From NCBI GenBank assembly GCA_016840425.1, contig JAEOSI010000060.1:1-10350 (forward strand): a DNA stretch of 10,350 bases, in the 5' to 3' direction. Source of the DNA: Candidatus Wukongarchaeum yapensis (GTDB lineage Archaea > Asgardarchaeota > Wukongarchaeia > Wukongarchaeales > Wukongarchaeaceae). The notes below the pieces were generated by a model. The model made no database searches. It saw only the letters and a list, made by a program, of their open reading frames with translations, and had not been told where the DNA came from. Position numbers and translations under genes: made by a program. Each line of letters starts with the position of its first letter. Position 1 is the stretch's first letter. Shown here one piece after another: positions 6,724 through 10,350 of this stretch.

Positions 6724-7785
6724 ATGAGTGATGTAGACGAAGGATTCGATGTATTAAAAGAATTCGTTATAGATAGAGGTACATGCTGTGGTTGTGGCTT
6801 GTGTGTCACTATGTGCACCAAAGGCTTAATTGCTTTTGACGGAATCCCAAAACTTGTAGGTGAATGCACGGAATGCGGAAGGTGTAACTGGAATTGTCCA
6901 AGACTCCCTTCAGCAGAAACTGGCGAGGTCATCCCTTCAGTGCCCAAGGCTGAAAACGCTACAGAAGACGAATTAATCGGGCCATATAATGAACTATTGG
7001 GCGGAGAAGCTGTTAAGAACGAGATTTTAGAGCGGTGTCAGGATGGTGGTGTAGTTACGGCGATCTTGTGTGCTTGCTTAGAGAGCGGGTATATTGATGG
7101 GGCTATTGTTACTGGGATTGATCCTGGACATCCTTGGAAGGCTAAACCGATGGTGGCTACAACAACGGATGAGATAATAGCTGCAGCAGGCACGAAATAC
7201 CTATACCCTGCAGAGCTCTCCATGATCAAAAAGGCCATAAAAGAGTCAAAGCTTGAAAAAATCGCCGTTGTTACAAGACCTTGTGGCGCCCAAGCTGTCA
7301 GGAAAATGCAAAATTCCGATAAAAAAGCCATTCAAAGAATGGGCGAAAAGGTCAAACTACTTTTAGGTCTTTTCTGCATGGAAAGCTTTTCAGACGATTT
7401 TCTGCAAAAAGAAGCTGCAGAAAAGAGAGGAATAGCTTTAGAAGACATAAAAAAAGTTAACATTAAAAAAGACTTCATAATAACTCCAAAAGCCGAAGAA
7501 AACGTTGTTATACCGATGGACGAAGCTTCCTCTTACATCAGAGACGGCTGCCACTTTTGCGCAGATTTTGCTTCAGAGTATGCTGATGTTAGTTGCGGAG
7601 CCGTAGGAACAAAAGAAGGTTCATCCACAATAATAGTACGCAATAATACAGGCAAAGAAGCTGTAGAACTTGCAACCAGCAACGGATGGCTCAGCACAAG
7701 AACCGTTTCAGAAAAAGCCCTAAAAGTACCACAAGCCCTATCTAAACGCAAAAAAGAACATGCAAAACCCATACCTTCAAGATAA
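6724..7785 (+). CDS. Coenzyme F420 hydrogenase/dehydrogenase beta-subunit family protein with N-terminal 2x[4Fe-4S] ferredoxin domain (FpoF/FqoF-like architecture)
   Basis: N-terminal CxxCxxCxxxC twice (CCGCGLCVTMC and CTECGRCNWNCP). FrhB-family motifs: QDGGVVTAIL, AAGTKY, VVTRPC, LGLFCMESF and CHFCADF-x-S-x-x-ADVSCGAVG. Confidence 0.9.
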   Translation: MSDVDEGFDVLKEFVIDRGTCCGCGLCVTMCTKGLIAFDGIPKLVGECTECGRCNWNCPRLPSAETGEVIPSVPKAENATEDELIGPYNELLGGEAVKNEILERCQDGGVVTAILCACLESGYIDGAIVTGIDPGHPWKAKPMVATTTDEIIAAAGTKYLYPAELSMIKKAIKESKLEKIAVVTRPCGAQAVRKMQNSDKKAIQRMGEKVKLLLGLFCMESFSDDFLQKEAAEKRGIALEDIKKVNIKKDFIITPKAEENVVIPMDEASSYIRDGCHFCADFASEYADVSCGAVGTKEGSSTIIVRNNTGKEAVELATSNGWLSTRTVSEKALKVPQALSKRKKEHAKPIPSR

Positions 7786-8310
7786 AAAAATAAACAAAAT
7801 AAACTCCACACACAAAAATCGACTAAAACATGCTAAATTTTTATTTTATCCATGTGGGCGAGAAGGCTCCATACAGAAGGATAGAGATGAAAACCCGCAG
7901 GCCTTAGATATGCCGGTTTTCTATACCCTAATAAAACAGCCTTTTAGGCTACATGCTCAAGAGCAGGACTGTCCTATGCCTGGATCATGTATAAATGGAA
8001 GTGAACCAGCTCAAAACTCCCCCAATGGACAGTGAACTTTTAGAGATTCAGCATGCGAGAGAAGAAGTTCCCCGCAATATCTGAGATTAGTTCACGAAAT
8101 ATCGTTGCAAAAGAGCTTATACTTCCACAAAAAAGTAGAAAGCGATGAAATGCAACTAAAAACAAAACGCTTTCCTACTTCCCTATTTTTCGCCCCCTCT
8201 AAGCCCATCCTACCTTCATTCACCATTTCGCTAATGGAAAGTGGGAAATGTTTTTTTATAAAAGAAAACATAAAAAAGCATGTTTTTTGAAGATGAGGAT
8301 TGTGTGAAAA

Positions 8311-10020
8311 TTGGGTAACAAAAGGGAGAAAAAAAAGGAAGAGGAATTAGTTGAAGAAGAGGGGGAAGAGGAGGAAGAGGAGGAAAGGGAAGAAGAAGTA
8401 GAGGGAGAGCTTGAGGAAGAAGAGGAATTAGTTGAAGAAGAGGAGGAAGAGGAGGAAAGGGAAGAAGAAGTAGAGGGAGAGCTTGAGGAAGAGGAACCTC
8501 TTGTCTGGGAAGAAACGGTATGGAAAACCACGCCTGTTAAGATTGGGGAAGAAATCGAGGAAAAAGAAGAAGGAGAAGAGGAGGTAGAGGTAGGAATACC
8601 AACAGAAGAGGAAATAACGATAAAAGTAGAGTCCCCAACACCCATAGAAGAAGAGGAGTTAGAAGCTTTAATAGAGGAAGAAGAGTTAGAGGAAGAGGAA
8701 GTTGGTGGAGAGTTAGAAGAAAAAATAGAGAAGATATTGGAGAAGCAGGTAGAGCAAGTTAGTGAAGAAGTAGAGGAAGAGGAGTTACTAGAGGAGGAGG
8801 AAGAAGAAGAGGAGGAAGAAGAAGAGGAGGAAGAAGAAGAGGAGGAAGAGGAGATTGGTGAAGAAGTAGAGGAAGAGGAGTTACTAGAAGAGCGGGAGAT
8901 AGAGGACAAACTTTCAAAAATTGGCATATCTTATGAAAAAGATGTCATGGAAACAGTAAAACCAAAACCTGAAGACATCTTTGAAGAAATACTTAATGAC
9001 CAAAAAAGCATTTATGAAAAAGTAATAGAAACGATAAAAGTGCCATTACCCCTCTTTTTGCCAATTTTTATCTTGATAGTATACGGCTTATTTTCAAGCA
9101 CGATCAATTTTTACGGTAATTCAAAAGACTGGGATCTACTATTAGAGGATTGGGTAACTCCATTTTTAATATCCGCCGCCATAACCTCTATGTGGGGTTT
9201 TATCATCATAGGTTCAAGAACAGCAAGGAATTTTTATTATGAGATTAACGACCAGGTTAACGCGCCGAAAAAAGCTTTTCAAAAGCTTTTCTTAAAAGAG
9301 GTTAAAAAATTTTTAAAAGATTGGAAAATCCCCATATTAGGCCTCTTTATTGCCCTAGGCGCCGTTTTGCTTGTAAGATCCAGTAGCAGCTGGTACTCCT
9401 CAAAAGTTGCCACAAACACCCACTACGTCGTTTTAGGTCTTTCGTTCTGGTTCCTCAGTATTGGTCTTGGGATACTTCTTAGAATGGTGTCTTTTACAAG
9501 ATCAATGGGGGGAGTAAATTTCCACGTAAACTTTTTCCACCCAGATGAAAATGCAGGTCTCCTACCTTTAGGGAACCTAAGCCTAAAAATTGCGTCCATG
9601 ATCGCCATAATTTTCAGCCTCCTAACAGCAGGCCTCGTCGGGATTTTAGATAAAAGCGGGAACGATGCTAATAAACTCATCTTATGGAGTTTCCCCCTAG
9701 CCTGTGTTATTTTATCTGTTTTTCTTTTCATTTCCCCCCTATTTAGCTCTCACGATCTTATTGTAAAAGAAAAAAAGGCGGAAATGTTAAATTGGAAAGG
9801 TAGTTACGGAAAACTTGCAAAAGAATTCTTCCTCTACCTAACCGAACACAAAACCATAGATCTACAGACAGGGATAGGCATTCAAGTCCTAAGTAACATA
9901 TATCGGGAGATAAAAAAGGTGCCTAATTGGCCTTTTAACACAAAAATTATCATGAAATTAACTTTGATTGCGCTACTCCCCCTTCTAACATTCCTATTTA
10001 CAAAAGAAATAATCATTTAA
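8311..10020 (+). CDS. Uncharacterised polytopic membrane protein with a ~200-aa poly-glutamate N-terminal region
   Basis: 569 aa from a TTG start (in-frame TGA at 8305-8307 upstream; first ATG is at 8947). aa 1-201 are about 56% Glu by hand count. About 7 hydrophobic segments follow from aa ~245, with FHPDENAGLLPLG and PNWPF motifs. Confidence 0.8.
   Translation: MGNKREKKKEEELVEEEGEEEEEEEREEEVEGELEEEEELVEEEEEEEEREEEVEGELEEEEPLVWEETVWKTTPVKIGEEIEEKEEGEEEVEVGIPTEEEITIKVESPTPIEEEELEALIEEEELEEEEVGGELEEKIEKILEKQVEQVSEEVEEEELLEEEEEEEEEEEEEEEEEEEEEIGEEVEEEELLEEREIEDKLSKIGISYEKDVMETVKPKPEDIFEEILNDQKSIYEKVIETIKVPLPLFLPIFILIVYGLFSSTINFYGNSKDWDLLLEDWVTPFLISAAITSMWGFIIIGSRTARNFYYEINDQVNAPKKAFQKLFLKEVKKFLKDWKIPILGLFIALGAVLLVRSSSSWYSSKVATNTHYVVLGLSFWFLSIGLGILLRMVSFTRSMGGVNFHVNFFHPDENAGLLPLGNLSLKIASMIAIIFSLLTAGLVGILDKSGNDANKLILWSFPLACVILSVFLFISPLFSSHDLIVKEKKAEMLNWKGSYGKLAKEFFLYLTEHKTIDLQTGIGIQVLSNIYREIKKVPNWPFNTKIIMKLTLIALLPLLTFLFTKEIII
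8338..8490 (+). repeat. Intragenic tandem duplication (81-bp and 72-bp units)
   Basis: EEELVEEEGEEEEEEEREEEVEGELEE (8338-8418) and EEELVEEEEEEEEREEEVEGELEE (8419-8490) are identical at DNA level apart from a 9-nt indel. Confidence 0.9.
8762..8888 (+). repeat. 31-bp direct repeats flanking a (GAGGAGGAAGAAGAA)x3 minisatellite within a run of 21 Glu codons
   Basis: gtgaagaagtagaggaagaggagttactaga occurs at 8762-8792 and 8858-8888. The 15-mer is repeated three times at 8794-8838. Confidence 0.88.
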
Positions 10021-10229
10021 AGATAAACTTTTAGATTAAAAAAACCTATTCTAAAAACTAGAAAAAAACATCACTATTTCTCTATAAATATGACATAAAC
10101 AAAAGACTAATATCTCACCTAAAAAAGTCTTTACGTGAGGTTTTCAAAGCGATAAAATCTACGTAAAATTAATATTTGAGACAATCAAGCAAAAAAGAAA
10201 CCAACTAAAAAAGAAACTTGAAAATATTC

Positions 10230-10236
10230 GAGGTGA
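10230..10236 (+). promoter_or_regulatory. Shine-Dalgarno site of mch
   Basis: GAGGTGA (canonical archaeal SD) 7 nt before the ATG at 10244. Confidence 0.75.
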
Positions 10237-10243
10237 AAAATTA

Positions 10244-10350
10244 ATGGTTAGCGTAAACACTCAAGCAACCAAATTAATAACCGAATGCATGATGAAAGAT
10301 CTAGAGCGGATAAATTGTCGAGCAACCAAGTGGAGCAATGGTGCAACTTG
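10244..10350 (+). CDS. mch: Methenyltetrahydromethanopterin cyclohydrolase, N-terminus (truncated by the right window edge; not in the ORF track)
   Basis: MVSVNTQATKLITECMMKDLERINCRATKWSNGAT resembles the Mch N-terminal pattern M(V/L)SVN-x-x-A-x-K(I/L)...(L/E)NG(A/S)T(V/I)ID. It has a strong SD and lies near mer. Only 35 codons are visible. Confidence 0.8.
   Translation, partial: MVSVNTQATKLITECMMKDLERINCRATKWSNGAT

Noticed and set aside
7921-8100. Cys-containing minus-strand frame interrupted only by TGA codons (possible selenoprotein, e.g. SCS*AC)
   Set aside because: No start codon or RBS, no recognisable selenoprotein family and no SECIS-like element identified.
7760-8290. Track ORFs 7760-8035 (91 aa) and 8105-8290 (61 aa)
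   Set aside because: The first overlaps the FpoF-like gene end and runs through an A-rich spacer. Neither has an RBS or a recognisable domain.
8256-8927. 223-aa poly-Ser ORF on the minus strand
   Set aside because: It is the antisense mirror of the GAA/GAG poly-Glu codons (TTC/CTC/TCT/TCC lack stops). The plus frame continues into a real membrane domain.

Overview
AT-rich archaeal DNA, most likely from an Asgard archaeon (inferred from a eukaryote-like actin homologue beside H4MPT/F420 genes). Minus strand, in transcription order: nadA, nadC, a 753-aa actin-related protein, mer, and a cofE gene that runs off the left edge and was missed by the ORF track. Plus strand: a stand-alone FrhB/FpoF-family F420 oxidoreductase, a 569-aa membrane protein with a hyper-acidic repeat-expanded N-terminus, and the start of mch (also missed by the track). 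The stand-out feature is the actin-related protein. It reads as a circularly permuted actin: actin residues ~68-375 come first, then a ~21-aa linker, then actin residues ~7-72. Its nucleotide-binding loops are degenerate, and it is fused through an acidic stalk and a predicted beta-sandwich domain to a C-terminal two-helix membrane anchor. All homology calls come from motif recognition against remembered family sequences; no database searches were run.
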